Positions 22,501 to 32,338 are shown, numbered from the stretch's first letter. The stretch is 64,000 nucleotides of DNA from Kofleriaceae bacterium (GCA_965215005.1 CBDCCZ010000004.1:256001-320000), one strand, 5' to 3'. Numbers and translations: made by a program. Notes: generated by a model not told the origin, from the sequence alone.

Positions 22501-22943
22501 TCGAGCAGCTCGGGCCGAAAATCGAGATAGTCGTGAAATATGCGGGCTAGATTTCTGGCCAGCTGAACCCGCCGCAGCTCACGATCTTCGAGCTCGATGC
22601 CGGCGCTCAAGTACTCACGCACTGGCTTGAGCTCGGGCTGCGCCAGGCGCGCCTCGTCGGCGAGCGCGGCCAGCAGAAGTGCCTCTAGGCGCGCTTCATC
22701 GAGTAGTCGCACCGCTGCCTGGGGCCGCGCCAGGCTCGCGATGAACGCCTCGAGAAAGGTCATGCGTAGGCCGGCAGCCGCGCCGCGGCGGCGAGCCACG
22801 GCGAGCTTGACGTAGGCGGCGACGCTGCGGTTGGGCACGACGACCGGGGGTTGCTCGAACAAGTCGAGCCCACCGGCGCCGAGGTCGGCGCTCAGCGCGG
22901 CGGCCAACTCTTCGAAGGCGTTGCTATAGACCAAGCGCAGCAT
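19527..22943 (-). CDS. recC: Exodeoxyribonuclease V gamma subunit
   Basis: LVYSN, NPCMEFWED, LWGRPGRE, PMRPLPFRVI, DRYLFLETLLSAR and HHPLRQY. About 1138 aa, upstream of recB. Confidence 0.92.
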   Translation of the reverse strand: MLRLVYSNAFEELAAALSADLGAGGLDLFEQPPVVVPNRSVAAYVKLAVARRRGAAAGLRMTFLEAFIASLARPQAAVRLLDEARLEALLLAALADEARLAQPELKPVREYLSAGIELEDRELRRVQLARNLARIFHDYLDFRPELLEAWSSRLELGDSQLAQVEVWQRALYLAILGPGGLSAQRQAETGERWLAASSLLGALDPADLALPRRAFVIGFSYLAPVYQRILAQLAGELELHVYALNPCMEFWEDVRSEWEEERLRRRLARRGEANASDDVDTPALRLWGRPGRETVRLLNQLTDCDFEPRFVDPLQRGDSALTRLQRHILFREPQKPIPADDSITVHACSGVQRELELIASEIWRRMQRDPTLRFCDVALYVSRSEHDLYQAHLPAVFGAFHQLPFHVVDLPLERGRRMVEALELLLALPLGQFSRPEMLAILCHPAVISRFADVDPSHWVQWSERLDIYYGADADDHTGGYHTGEKFHWDQGILRLAFGAFMAAERSGLARTVVLDGRHYLPEEVPPAQLPSAARFAVLARSLISDARFLRAQKLSLTEWRALLDTVATTYLAADDDEAAAGLARCRTAIDSLAAADVDGRPVGYRIASELLRERLAGLRSAAGELLAEGVMVAPLLPMRPLPFRVIFACGLGEGVFPAIERESPLDLRAAQRRAGDLTPAERDRYLFLETLLSARDALILSYVARDSQTGDALEPSPVISELLAMLGESAIIHHPLRQYDEPVQQALSDVSEAAARQRLAAALREQLEHHLTTQSMAMPSYDALRSALQRPAFADVRQLVGLVDVEELAVPEPPPALTLPLSALRKFLESPLQAWASWVLRLREGDLEDLASRQDEAFATEFLREVSFLRELFAQHLLASPGDREALDRLYRERATLHERGRGAPTGLFAEVERQRHLARLYAWHEQLESVVGSSSLQFHRPTFGHGREHAAAATLLEPIELNCQLAGASAATRVSLTGGVSVVGGGAGTVVMATRKPEPKHAIRGAFDHVVLCAAGQLAPEPHLVTVLSDESVEQHRFQRWQPEEARDYLAMLATELLGSTHEYLLPIEVVLKWEKGRGSSLRADIAAVASSQQRCSDDYGPVSRRDQLQPPRDAEEMALRRLEPILQRWSKERHG

Positions 22944-23133
22944 CGACAGCTAGCGCAGCATACTAGTACCCGGCCACAGGGAAGATGATCGATTCAGGCA
23001 CCTTCACCGAAGGGTGGGGAGATGCTCGGGTGCTGCCACCGCGCGAGCGGCGGCGATGGCAGGTGAGGCGTGTGGCGTGGTGGACGCGCCGCGCGGGCGA
23101 CGCGAGAGGTGGCAAACGGTGGGGCGAGCCGCT

Positions 23134-25011
23134 CTAGCCGGCTTGCTTTGCCGCAATCCAGCCGTCGACGTTGGCTTCGAGGATGGTGAGCGGCACGGCG
23201 CCAGGGGTGAGCACGACCTCGTGGAACTCGCGGATGTCGAACTTGTCGCCGAGGGCGGCGCGGGCCTTCTCGCGCAGCTCGAGAATCTTGAGCATGCCGA
23301 TTTTGTAGGCCGTGGCTTGCGACGGCATCACGATGTAGCGCTCGATTGCCTTGACCGCCTCGCCGCGCGGATCCGGCGTGTTCTTGACCAGCCACTCAAT
23401 GGCTTGCTCGCGAGTCCAACGCTTGGCATGGAGGCCGGTGTCGACTACCAGCCTCGCCGCGCGCCAGAGCTCCATCGCGAGGCGACCAAAGTCGGAGTAG
23501 GGGTCTTGGTAAAAGCCGATTTCCTTTGGCAGCAGCTCGGAATACAGGCCCCAACCCTCAATGTAGGCGGTGTAGAGGCCGGGTCCGCCCGCGTATATGT
23601 CCGGGTCGTGGAAGCGACGGAACATCGGCAGGTCGTTTTGCTCGGTGGCGATGGCGATCTGCATGTGATGCCCAGGAATGCCCTCGTGGTAAACCAGCGC
23701 TTCGAGCTGATAGGGCGGCATGTCCTTCATCTGGTGCAGGTTGGCGTAGAAGATTCCCGGCCGAGTGCTGTCGGCCGAGGGGCCTTCATAGAAGGCCGTG
23801 CCCGCGGATTTTTCTCGGTACTCCTCGACTCGCTTGACTACCAGCGGCGCCTTGGGTTTGGTGATGAAGAGCTCATCGAGTCGCTCGGTGATGCCGGCGA
23901 TGTACTGCCGTGCCTGATCGAGGTACTCGGCGCGGCCGGCCTCATCGTTGGTGAGATAAAAGCGCGGATTTTCGCGCATGAAGACGAAGAACTTCTGCAG
24001 GTCGCCCTTGAAGCCGACCTTCTTCATGATGCCGCGCATCTCGCCGTGGATGCGTTCAACCTCTTGGAGGCCGAGCGCGTGGATCTCCTCGGCGTTCATG
24101 TCGGTGGTCGTCGTCGCTGCCAGGGCGTAGTCGTAATACGCGGCGCCGTCGGGAAGCTTCCAGGCGCCGTCATCGGTGGTGGCAACGGCTTCTTGCCGCT
24201 TGGCGAGCGCGATGAGCGACTGGTACGCGGGCTTGACCGACTCGATCAATGCCTTACTGGCGCGGGCGATCAACGCCTCCTCTTCGGCGTCGGGCAGCTC
24301 GAGCGCTTGCACCTTCCGGGTAAAGTCGGCGAGGAGATCGCTCGGCGTCTTCGAGTCGTCGAATGGAGCGCCGCGCAGGATGTTGCGCGAGTCGTCGATG
24401 ACCTTGGGAAACACGAACTTGGGCGGCAGGATGCCCTTCTCCTGGCGCTCGACCATGTTCTGCTCGAGCTGCGCGAACAGCGGCTGCACGCCCTCGAGCC
24501 GCGAGATGTAGGCTTCGGCGTCGTCTACACTGTCGATCGAGTGGAAGTTCATCAAGAACGACGGCACCATCGAGTGCAGGCCGTGCATTTGATGCACGGG
24601 ATAGTCATGGAAGCGCCAGCGGAACCCTTCGAGCGCCTGCTGGGTCTCATACTCGAAGAGTTGGTAGCTCAGCCGGTCTTCGGCGCTGAGCGAATCGACA
24701 TCAAAGCGGTGCAGTTGCTCGAGGTCGGCCTTGTCCAGCTCGTGCTCTTCCTGAGCTCTGGCGTCGGAGATGTCGTCCCACTTGCCATAGCTGCCCGGCA
24801 GCTTGATGCCGAGATATGTCTGCGTGATGGGGCTGCGCGCGAGGTCTCGCTCGAAGCTCTCCTTGAAGAACGCTTGAAGGCGCTCCCCTTCGGAGGCCTG
24901 AGGAGCGGGCGCTGGCTCCACAGTGGGAGTGGGCGTAGGGCGGTCGGCTGAGCTGCCACCGCAAGCGCCGGCCGCCAACGCGATTGCGGAAACGAATACC
25001 AAACGGTTCAT
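23134..25011 (-). CDS. DUF885-family lipoprotein (putative metallopeptidase-like)
   Basis: Lipobox AGAC, HEGIPGHHMQ, AYIEGWGLYSE, RAARLVVDTGLH, RYIVMPSQATAYKIG and FDIREFH. Confidence 0.9.
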   Translation of the reverse strand: MNRLVFVSAIALAAGACGGSSADRPTPTPTVEPAPAPQASEGERLQAFFKESFERDLARSPITQTYLGIKLPGSYGKWDDISDARAQEEHELDKADLEQLHRFDVDSLSAEDRLSYQLFEYETQQALEGFRWRFHDYPVHQMHGLHSMVPSFLMNFHSIDSVDDAEAYISRLEGVQPLFAQLEQNMVERQEKGILPPKFVFPKVIDDSRNILRGAPFDDSKTPSDLLADFTRKVQALELPDAEEEALIARASKALIESVKPAYQSLIALAKRQEAVATTDDGAWKLPDGAAYYDYALAATTTTDMNAEEIHALGLQEVERIHGEMRGIMKKVGFKGDLQKFFVFMRENPRFYLTNDEAGRAEYLDQARQYIAGITERLDELFITKPKAPLVVKRVEEYREKSAGTAFYEGPSADSTRPGIFYANLHQMKDMPPYQLEALVYHEGIPGHHMQIAIATEQNDLPMFRRFHDPDIYAGGPGLYTAYIEGWGLYSELLPKEIGFYQDPYSDFGRLAMELWRAARLVVDTGLHAKRWTREQAIEWLVKNTPDPRGEAVKAIERYIVMPSQATAYKIGMLKILELREKARAALGDKFDIREFHEVVLTPGAVPLTILEANVDGWIAAKQAG

Positions 25012-25174
25012 GCGGCGGACTATATACGCGAGCAGGCAGCCGCGCTCTTGCATCGCCTGACGATAATGCCGCACGCTGATGCGCTGAGTGGGCGTCCAGG
25101 CACGGAAGGCACTCGCTCACCCTGATACATGATTTCGCGATAGCCGCGGCCAGAAGCGCCCCATCCAAGGCTTC

Positions 25175-25660
25175 TCAGCCGACCGAGCCGAGCCGCCGCC
25201 GCCGGCCACCGCCAAAGATCGGCAGCTCCTGATACGCGTCGAACGACGCGCTCGTCGCGGGCAACTCCTCGACGTGCTCGCCCAGGCTGCGCACCATGCC
25301 TTCGACGATGCCGTGCCCGGGACTTGCTGGGCCATAGTGTTGCAAATACGTGGTGTAGCGACTGAGGTGCTCGAGGAAGAAATATCGCCTCGCCGAGGGC
25401 GGTAACGTCGGTGGCACGACCATCGGCAACCCACTGCGACTGGCAAACAGCTGCACCACGCGCTCACCGAGGCGGCGCAGCGCTCCTTCATCGAAGCGCA
25501 GCGCGATCAGCGCCGTATCCAGAGGCGGCGCATAGTAGCCATCGACACCAGCGAGCTGGCCGTCATCGAGATCCGCGAGGGGGCGGGTGAGAATCGCAAA
25601 CTCGCGCACATTGTCGCGAAACGGATGCATCACCAAGAAGACATCGTAGGTGCTGCCCAT
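25175..25660 (-). CDS. Hypothetical protein
   Basis: Protein-like composition (TYDVFLVMHPF...) and fills the gap between neighbours. No family recognised. Confidence 0.6.
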   Translation of the reverse strand: MGSTYDVFLVMHPFRDNVREFAILTRPLADLDDGQLAGVDGYYAPPLDTALIALRFDEGALRRLGERVVQLFASRSGLPMVVPPTLPPSARRYFFLEHLSRYTTYLQHYGPASPGHGIVEGMVRSLGEHVEELPATSASFDAYQELPIFGGGRRRRLGSVG

Positions 25661-25892
25661 GCGGGAGCGTCTCGCAGCCCCCATGCCGACCTATAGGCTC
25701 GTGATCGCGGCCACGTCTGTTTCGCGATGGGTTTCCAATGCGCGATCAGCACGCTTCCGCGAGTCCCTCTCGGCTGCCGCGCGCCGTGGGGCCAAGCCCT
25801 CAATCGGGGTCTCTGGGCCACGGGCGGCCGGGCTCGTCCCGCCTCAAAGCTGTGCGTGCCAACGGCGACTACTGCCGCACACTTCCAGGGCC

Positions 25893-26252
25893 ATGAGCGC
25901 GAGCAAGCGGCGGCGCATTCTCGACATCATCGCAACCGATCGCACCTTTGAGCTGCACGAGGCCCGCGGCACCACAATCTGGGTGGGCAAGTGCATTCAT
26001 TGTGGGGTCAGGCTGTTAGTCGAGGCAGACGGCACGCCTATCAGTCGAGCCACCATCGAGCACATCTGGCCGCGCAACCACGGCGGCACAGACTCGCTGG
26101 ACAACCTCGCGCTGGCCTGTGCGGGATGCAATCGTGAAAAAGGCCGCCGCCACGACACCCGCCGCCGCACCGATCCACGGCTCATCGAGATCACTGAGCG
26201 ACTGCGCGAGCGACGTCGTGAGCGCTGGCGGGAACCGGTGCCTCGCTCGTGA
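25893..26252 (+). CDS. Stand-alone HNH endonuclease
   Basis: CIHCG...TIEHIWPRNHGGTDSLDNLALACAGCNREKG. Confidence 0.88.
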   Translation: MSASKRRRILDIIATDRTFELHEARGTTIWVGKCIHCGVRLLVEADGTPISRATIEHIWPRNHGGTDSLDNLALACAGCNREKGRRHDTRRRTDPRLIEITERLRERRRERWREPVPRS

Positions 26253-26629
26253 CGGGCACGAGCATCCTGCGCGGATGCCGCGCCGCCGCGGCGGCTCCTT
26301 GGCGGTCGGCAGCTGGCGTGTTAAGGTGCAGCACGAATGACGAACGCGTGAGGTGGTTCCCTGCGGTGGTGAGCCACGCGTCGACGTAATCGTGCGTACG
26401 GCCGACTTCGCGCAGGAGCCAACTGAGATCAATCGCGTAATGCTGCGAGGCGACATAGGCGTTGAGCCGACGAGCTCTAGGCAAGGCTGCTCGTTGCGCC
26501 GCACCTATCGCTTCGCTTGCACGCGATCGGGCTCCGCGCGCCCGCGTTCGTTAGGGTCGAGCCAGTCGCTCGATCGATGCTCGCACCGGCGACGCCATTC
26601 AAGCGCGCCAGTCGATAGGAGGTCCGTTC

Positions 26630-26869
26630 ATGGGAGCGAATCGTCAACCAAAGATCAGCAAGCGCCAGCGCGAGCTTTCCAAGAAACGCAAGCAGCAAGA
26701 GAAGGCTGCGAAGATGGCTCGCAGGCGGCAGTCGCGCGATTACGCCGGAGATGACGCTCCGCCCAACGTCGATCCCGATATCGCGCACATCGTCCCGGGT
26801 CCCCAGCCGCAACCGTGGATGGAAGACGACGACGGCGGTAGCGAAGAAGCGCGCGCCCAACGGATCTGA
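26630..26869 (+). CDS. Small basic/acidic hypothetical protein
   Basis: AGGAGG RBS. KRQRELSKKRKQQEK...DPDIAHIVPGPQP. Confidence 0.7.
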   Translation: MGANRQPKISKRQRELSKKRKQQEKAAKMARRRQSRDYAGDDAPPNVDPDIAHIVPGPQPQPWMEDDDGGSEEARAQRI

Positions 26870-26884
26870 CGTACGCTCCGCCGC

Positions 26885-27685
26885 ATGACGCTGCGAGACT
26901 TGTTCGAGCGCATGTGGGCGGGCTACTGCGCGCTCACTCCGCAGGCGACGCGTGTCCACGCGCTCCTGGCCGCGAGAGGTGAGCTGGTCCACAACGACCA
27001 TGTCGCGCTTCGCACGTTCGATCGCGCGCCGGTGGGCCTCGAGGCCCTGGCGCGCGTGTTCGTGGCCGCTGGCTATAAGCCGGGCGGCGAATATCACTTC
27101 CCCGAAAAGAAGCTGCGGGCTCGTCACTACGAGCCACCTCACGTCGACCTGCCCAAGGTGTTCATCAGCGAGCTCTGCGTGGCAGAGTTCTCAGCGGCCG
27201 CGCAAGCGCGAATCGATGCACTGCTAGCCGCGGTGCCCGCCGACCTTCCTTATCGCGATGACTTCGCCATCAGCGGGCGGCCGTGGTCGATTCGTTTTGC
27301 CGAGTATCAGTCGCTCCTGCGCGAGAGCGAGTACGCGGCGTGGGTGAGTGCGTTTGGATTTCGCGCCAATCACTTCACCGTCGACGTCAATCGGCTGCAG
27401 ACGTTTGCTTCGCTCGAGGAGGTGACTGCGTATCTTCAGAGCGAAGGCTTTCGCTTTAACCATCGCGGCGGGTTGATAAAAGGATCGCCGGCGTTGCGGC
27501 TCGAACAGAGCTCGACCATGGCAGACGCGGCGTCCGTGTCGTTCCGCGACGGGGAGCGCCAGGTGCCGTCCTGCTACTACGAGTTCGCGCGTCGCTACCC
27601 ACTGCCGAGCGGCGAGCTGTTCGCGGGTTTCATCGAAGGCTCCGCTGACAAACTGTTCGAGAGCACTGACGCCGCGGCGCGATGA
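26885..27685 (+). CDS. DUF1338-family protein (2-oxoadipate dioxygenase/decarboxylase-like)
   Basis: NDHVALRTF, PKVFISEL, ESEYAAW, ANHFTV, LEQSST and YYEFARR. Confidence 0.88.
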   Translation: MTLRDLFERMWAGYCALTPQATRVHALLAARGELVHNDHVALRTFDRAPVGLEALARVFVAAGYKPGGEYHFPEKKLRARHYEPPHVDLPKVFISELCVAEFSAAAQARIDALLAAVPADLPYRDDFAISGRPWSIRFAEYQSLLRESEYAAWVSAFGFRANHFTVDVNRLQTFASLEEVTAYLQSEGFRFNHRGGLIKGSPALRLEQSSTMADAASVSFRDGERQVPSCYYEFARRYPLPSGELFAGFIEGSADKLFESTDAAAR

Positions 27686-28794
27686 TGCACGAGGCACCAG
27701 GCGCGCTCATCTACCTCAACAACGCCGGCACCAGCTGGCCCAAGCCCGCCGCCGTCCAGCGCGCCGTGGAGGCGACATTGGTCGCACCGCCGCCAAATTG
27801 GCAGCCGGCGCTCAACGATGCGCAACGGTCAATCGCGGGTTTCTTTGGCATCAGAGACCCCGCGCGACTCCTGTTCACGGGCAGCTGCACCGCCGCGTTG
27901 TCTACGGTGCTGGAACGGCTGCCTTGGCAACCCGGCGAACGGCTCATCACCAGCACGTTTGAGCATCACGCGTTGGGACTGCCGGCGGCGCGGCTGACTG
28001 CAACCCGCGGCGTCGAGCATCTGGTAGCGCCGCCGCAAGGCGAAGCGCCGGTGGACCTGCAATGGGTCGAGGACGCGTTGCGCCGCGGCGGGGTGCGGCT
28101 AGTGGCGATGAGCATGGCCAGCAACGTCACGGGGGCGCTGCTGCCGATTTCCGCGCTCGCGAGCTTGGCGCATCGCCATGGCGCGTTGCTGCTGGTCGAT
28201 GCGGCGCAAGCGGCGGGGGTGGTGCCGGTCGACGTCGAAGCGCTGGCGGCCGATATCATGACGTTCGCCGGCCATAAAGGGCCGCTGGGTCCGCACGGCG
28301 TCGGTGGGCTGTATATCGCGCCGGAGGTGGAGCTGGCGCCGCCTGCGCGAGAGCACTCGTTCGCAGGTACCGCTGCGTTGTCGTACTGCGACCTCGGCTC
28401 CATCAACGCTGCCGGCGTGATGGGAATGGCGGCGGGGATTTCGTGGCTGCGCGAGCGCGGCATGGATGCGATTCGCGAGCGAATTCGCTTGCGCACGGCG
28501 CAGTTGCTCGCGGGGCTCGATGCCCTCGATGGCGTGACGATCTACGGACCCACCAGCGCCGATTCGCGTGCGGCGGCAGTGTCTATCACGGTTGCCGGCA
28601 TCGAGGTAGCGGCGCTCGGAGCAGAGCTCGCGGCGGCTGGCGTGGTGGTCTCGGCTGGCAAGCAGTGCGCGCCGATGTCTCACGCCGCCCTTGGAACATC
28701 TCACGGCACCGTACGGCTGAGCGCCGGCCCGATGACCAGCGCGGCAGACATCGACGGCGTGCTGGAGGTTCTGCGCGCGCTCGTGCGGCGCTGA
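27682..28794 (+). CDS. Class V PLP aminotransferase / cysteine desulfurase-like
   Basis: YLNNAGTSWPKP, EHHA, ASNVTG, DAAQ, GHKGPLGPHG and GKQCAP. ATGA overlap with DUF1338. Confidence 0.88.
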   Translation: MMHEAPGALIYLNNAGTSWPKPAAVQRAVEATLVAPPPNWQPALNDAQRSIAGFFGIRDPARLLFTGSCTAALSTVLERLPWQPGERLITSTFEHHALGLPAARLTATRGVEHLVAPPQGEAPVDLQWVEDALRRGGVRLVAMSMASNVTGALLPISALASLAHRHGALLLVDAAQAAGVVPVDVEALAADIMTFAGHKGPLGPHGVGGLYIAPEVELAPPAREHSFAGTAALSYCDLGSINAAGVMGMAAGISWLRERGMDAIRERIRLRTAQLLAGLDALDGVTIYGPTSADSRAAAVSITVAGIEVAALGAELAAAGVVVSAGKQCAPMSHAALGTSHGTVRLSAGPMTSAADIDGVLEVLRALVRR

Positions 28795-28945
28795 GTCTCG
28801 ACGCCGCGGCAGCGGACCCTATCCGCCAGCCGCGCTGTACCGCGAGCAGCCGTCGCGGCTGTACAACCGATATCGCATCGGCTAACCTACATGGGTCGCT
28901 AGCGCTTGCGGTAGCGACGCCGCCGGGAAGAAAGCGTTGCTGTTG

Positions 28946-29755
28946 ATGACCGTTTCCCAGACGGGTTCGCTGGCATTGTTGTGTTCGCTGTCGTTCGCGC
29001 TGTTGGGTTGTGCGAGCGCCGACTCAGACGCGGAAGCCGGTCCCGACGCGGCGCTGCCGTTCGACGTCTCCGGTGACGGTGGCGGCTTACCTACATTGCC
29101 CACCGACCCATCGGATCCCACGGATCCCGTCGATCCAGCTGATCCGGGCGGATTCGCCGATGCGGGCACGCCAACTCCTCCGGGGCCGGGGATGGCTATC
29201 GTGCTCTCGCAAACGACGTCCACGGAAATTGGCGAACCCAACTACATCGCCTGTCTGCGCGCGAACCCGCAGGTTCATGCGCAGAGTAGCTATTATCGCG
29301 TATTCAATCTCGCGCAGTACGGCGTGGGCTCATCCGTCACCATCAACAGCGTGCGCCTCGGAGTTCGAGCGGCTATCGCCGGCGGCCAGAGTCAAACCGT
29401 ACAGGTTCGCCTGCACACCTTGGCCGGTGCGCTAGACGAAGCCAACTTGACGCTGCTCGCCAGCGCTACGGCCACGGTCACCAATCAGGAGTACTCCCTG
29501 CTGGATGTGCCGATGCCCGCGCCGGTGCAGGTGCCTGGCACCGCGAACCTGGTCATCGAGGTGTACGTGCCCGATGGCACCGGGCAGGGCAACGTCTTCG
29601 TGCCCGGTGGCAACGGCGCTGGTGAGACCGCGCCGACCTATTACCGGTCACCAACCTGTCGCTACAATCAAATCGTGTCGATCCCCGCCATCGCTGCCGC
29701 AGGCGATCCGCCGCGTCACCTCGTCATCGAGGCGCACGGCACGGCGGCGCCCTAA
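28946..29755 (+). CDS. Secreted lipoprotein with Pro/Asp-rich linker and beta-rich domain
   Basis: Lipobox LLGC, PTDPSDPTDPVDPADP linker and a SYYRVFNL domain. Confidence 0.75.
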   Translation: MTVSQTGSLALLCSLSFALLGCASADSDAEAGPDAALPFDVSGDGGGLPTLPTDPSDPTDPVDPADPGGFADAGTPTPPGPGMAIVLSQTTSTEIGEPNYIACLRANPQVHAQSSYYRVFNLAQYGVGSSVTINSVRLGVRAAIAGGQSQTVQVRLHTLAGALDEANLTLLASATATVTNQEYSLLDVPMPAPVQVPGTANLVIEVYVPDGTGQGNVFVPGGNGAGETAPTYYRSPTCRYNQIVSIPAIAAAGDPPRHLVIEAHGTAAP

Positions 29756-29756
29756 C

Positions 29757-30785
29757 TCACGAGAGCCCAATGAGCAGCAGTGTTGCGACATAGATTCCGA
29801 GCATCGCAACACCTTCGAAACCAACGCCTCCAGGACCTCGTCGCTGGCGCCGCAGCATTCCGGCAAGAATGACCGTGGTGAGAAGTATCGCGGCGAGGGT
29901 CATCAGGACCTCGTCGTTGCCGGCGACGTGATAAATGGACCCCCCGCGAAAGGCGACGTCACCGACGGCGACGTTGAGAACATCGAAGGCATTGCCGCCG
30001 AGGACGCCGCCCAGGGCCAAAGTCACCGCGCCGCGGCGCACCGCCGCGATGGACGTCACCGCCTCGGGAAGCGCGTTGGTCACTCCCATGACGGCGGCTC
30101 CAGCGAAGCTTTCCTCCAGCCCCTGCTGCGTGACGAGCGAGGCAGTGGCTTGCGCGACCGCCCAGCCGCCAGCCGCCACAGCGGCGCCGTAGGCGACAAA
30201 CTGCACCGCCAAGCTGGCGGTGCTGCCATCCTCTTCGTCGGCCTCGTCGGGCTCGTCGACCACCGTCTCAGACGTGGAGCGCGGCTGCCACTGCGGCAGC
30301 TCGCGCGACTGCCGAACCAGCGCCAGGCCCCCGAGGTAGACGAGCACGAGCACAATCGACCCTGGATGAACGCCAAAGATGGCGTAGTCCGGGCTTTGGC
30401 GGATGAGCAGCACCACGCTCAACAGCGCCAGCACCACCGTCGTGAAGAGCATGTTTGGCAGCGATGCGGCGGCATGCTCGAGGTTGGCGCGTCGATACGC
30501 CAAATCGGCGACGGCGATGACCGCCGTCTGCGCAGCCACACCACCCACCGCGTTGCTGAACGCCATCTTTGGCAGACCATGGGCCGCCGCGGTGGCGGTC
30601 ATGACGATGCCCGATAGCGAGATGACTGCGCCAAAGCAGACGGCGCCAAACAGCGCTTCACCAACTCCGAGTCGGTCGGCCAGTACGTCGCCAAGTGCCG
30701 ACAGCCGCGCACCGCCGACGATGGTCAAAAGCGCCGCACCGGCCAAGACGAGGAGTGCGAGCCACAGCGGCCAGGCGCCCATCAC
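29757..30785 (-). CDS. Sodium:calcium (cation) antiporter family protein
   Basis: Two membrane repeats (GAVISLSG...SNAVGG and TNALPEA...GGNAFD) separated by an acidic loop. Confidence 0.85.
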   Translation of the reverse strand: MMGAWPLWLALLVLAGAALLTIVGGARLSALGDVLADRLGVGEALFGAVCFGAVISLSGIVMTATAAAHGLPKMAFSNAVGGVAAQTAVIAVADLAYRRANLEHAAASLPNMLFTTVVLALLSVVLLIRQSPDYAIFGVHPGSIVLVLVYLGGLALVRQSRELPQWQPRSTSETVVDEPDEADEEDGSTASLAVQFVAYGAAVAAGGWAVAQATASLVTQQGLEESFAGAAVMGVTNALPEAVTSIAAVRRGAVTLALGGVLGGNAFDVLNVAVGDVAFRGGSIYHVAGNDEVLMTLAAILLTTVILAGMLRRQRRGPGGVGFEGVAMLGIYVATLLLIGLS

Positions 30786-31022
30786 CTCGGCAGGTCCCAG
30801 GCTGAGAAACAGAGGTGTTGCATTGCCGCCTAGCCTACGACGGTGAAGCGCTCCCGGGCGAGACGGTGCATGGGGCTCGTCGAGTCATCGGCGACAGCAC
30901 CGGGCATTCCCGCAGGACGCCGAGACTTCGCTAACAGCTCGTTGCAAGTGTCACTTCCCACTATGGCGGTGGTCGACCGAGGCCTACAGTGACGGCAACC
31001 TGGGCCTAGGGAGGGCTACCCG

Positions 31023-32264
31023 ATGAGACAATTGGCTTTTTGCATCTTGATATTGCCGCTAACGCTCGGCGCCACCTGCGGGGGAGATGATCCCGGCGAC
31101 ACCCCTCCGACGCCGGACGCCGGCACCCCCGATCCAGGGGATCCGCCCGAGCCCAGCCCCGACGCCGGCAGCGATCCCGCGCCCGACGCCGGCAGTGGCG
31201 GTGGGGTCGTTGGCTGCGATGGCGTTCCATTGCTGGCTAACCCCGACGATCCGGCCGCCCGCGGCCCGTGGACAGTGGGGGCGCGGACCATGACGATCGG
31301 TCGGCTCAAGACCGAGGTCTGGTATCCGGTCGCGCCGGGCGCCGAGCAGGGCTCCTCAACCATTCGCTATGACATTCGCGAGGCGCTACCGGCCTCCGAG
31401 CGCAGCAAGATTCCCGACGACAAGAACACCTGGCAGGACTGCGATTGCTATCGCGATTTGCCCATCGACGCCGCCCATGGACCGTATCCGGTGATCGTCT
31501 TCGTGCACGGGACCGGCGCGTTCCGCCATCAGTCGCTCACGCAGATGGAGCACTGGGCCTCGCGCGGGTTCGTGGTGGTCGCCGCCGACCATCCAGGTTT
31601 GTTTCTCGGTGACTTGCTGGCGCTTCCATGTCTGCAGTGGCCAAGCGGTCCACAAGACTTAACTGGCGACGTCGACGTGCTGCTGGCCGCCGTGCGCGGC
31701 AACTCCGACGAGCTGGCATTTCTCGCCGGTCGCGTCGATACCCAGCACATCGCGTTGGTTGGCCACAGCGCAGGCGGTAGCGCGGTCGCGAAGTTGGCCA
31801 ACAGGGACGGCGTCCGGGTCGTCATCCCAATGGCGGGCGCCGAAGTCGTGGCAGCCGGAGGCGAGCCGGTCTCGACGTTGACGTTCGCGGGCACCACCGA
31901 CAGCGTCGTCCCCGCCGATCGAACCATCGGTGCCTACGAGCGCTCGCCCGCTCCCAAACGGTTCGTGCTGATCGAAGATGCGGGGCACTTGGCGTTTTCC
32001 GACCTGTGCGAGGTCACCAACGTCGATGGCAAGAACCTCATCGAGACCGCCACGGAGTACGGCATCTGCGGAGTCCAGTTTGCCGGGGGCCTCTTCGACT
32101 GCAACCCGAGCTTCATTGACGGCCCGGATGGCTGGGACATCATTCACGCGGCCAGCAGCGCGGTTCTCGAGAGCGTCTTGCAGTGCGATCCCAGCGCCAT
32201 CGACTCGCTGAGCACGCTCGAGAGCACCTATCCTGCCGTGGTCGAGTTTCGACAAGATCTGTAG
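31023..32264 (+). CDS. Secreted alpha/beta hydrolase lipoprotein
   Basis: Lipobox GATC, PDAG repeats, PYPVIVFVHG, HWASRGFVVVAADH, GHSAGG and GHLAFSD. Confidence 0.85.
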   Translation: MRQLAFCILILPLTLGATCGGDDPGDTPPTPDAGTPDPGDPPEPSPDAGSDPAPDAGSGGGVVGCDGVPLLANPDDPAARGPWTVGARTMTIGRLKTEVWYPVAPGAEQGSSTIRYDIREALPASERSKIPDDKNTWQDCDCYRDLPIDAAHGPYPVIVFVHGTGAFRHQSLTQMEHWASRGFVVVAADHPGLFLGDLLALPCLQWPSGPQDLTGDVDVLLAAVRGNSDELAFLAGRVDTQHIALVGHSAGGSAVAKLANRDGVRVVIPMAGAEVVAAGGEPVSTLTFAGTTDSVVPADRTIGAYERSPAPKRFVLIEDAGHLAFSDLCEVTNVDGKNLIETATEYGICGVQFAGGLFDCNPSFIDGPDGWDIIHAASSAVLESVLQCDPSAIDSLSTLESTYPAVVEFRQDL

Positions 32265-32338
32265 CAACCACCGCTAGCAGGTTCTCGCCCCGTGCATCGG
32301 GGCAGGGGCGAGAACGCGTGCGGCTCCGACGGCCGCCC

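Noticed and set aside
23014..24951. 645-aa + strand ORF
   Set aside because: Antisense to the well-supported DUF885 gene.
25893..26252. HNH nuclease as part of a defence or mobile system
   Set aside because: No methyltransferase, repeats or mobile genes are adjacent. It looks like an ordinary stand-alone HNH.
26191..26484. 97-aa minus-strand ORF
   Set aside because: It overlaps the HNH 3' end and has no recognisable motif or good start, so I cannot support it.
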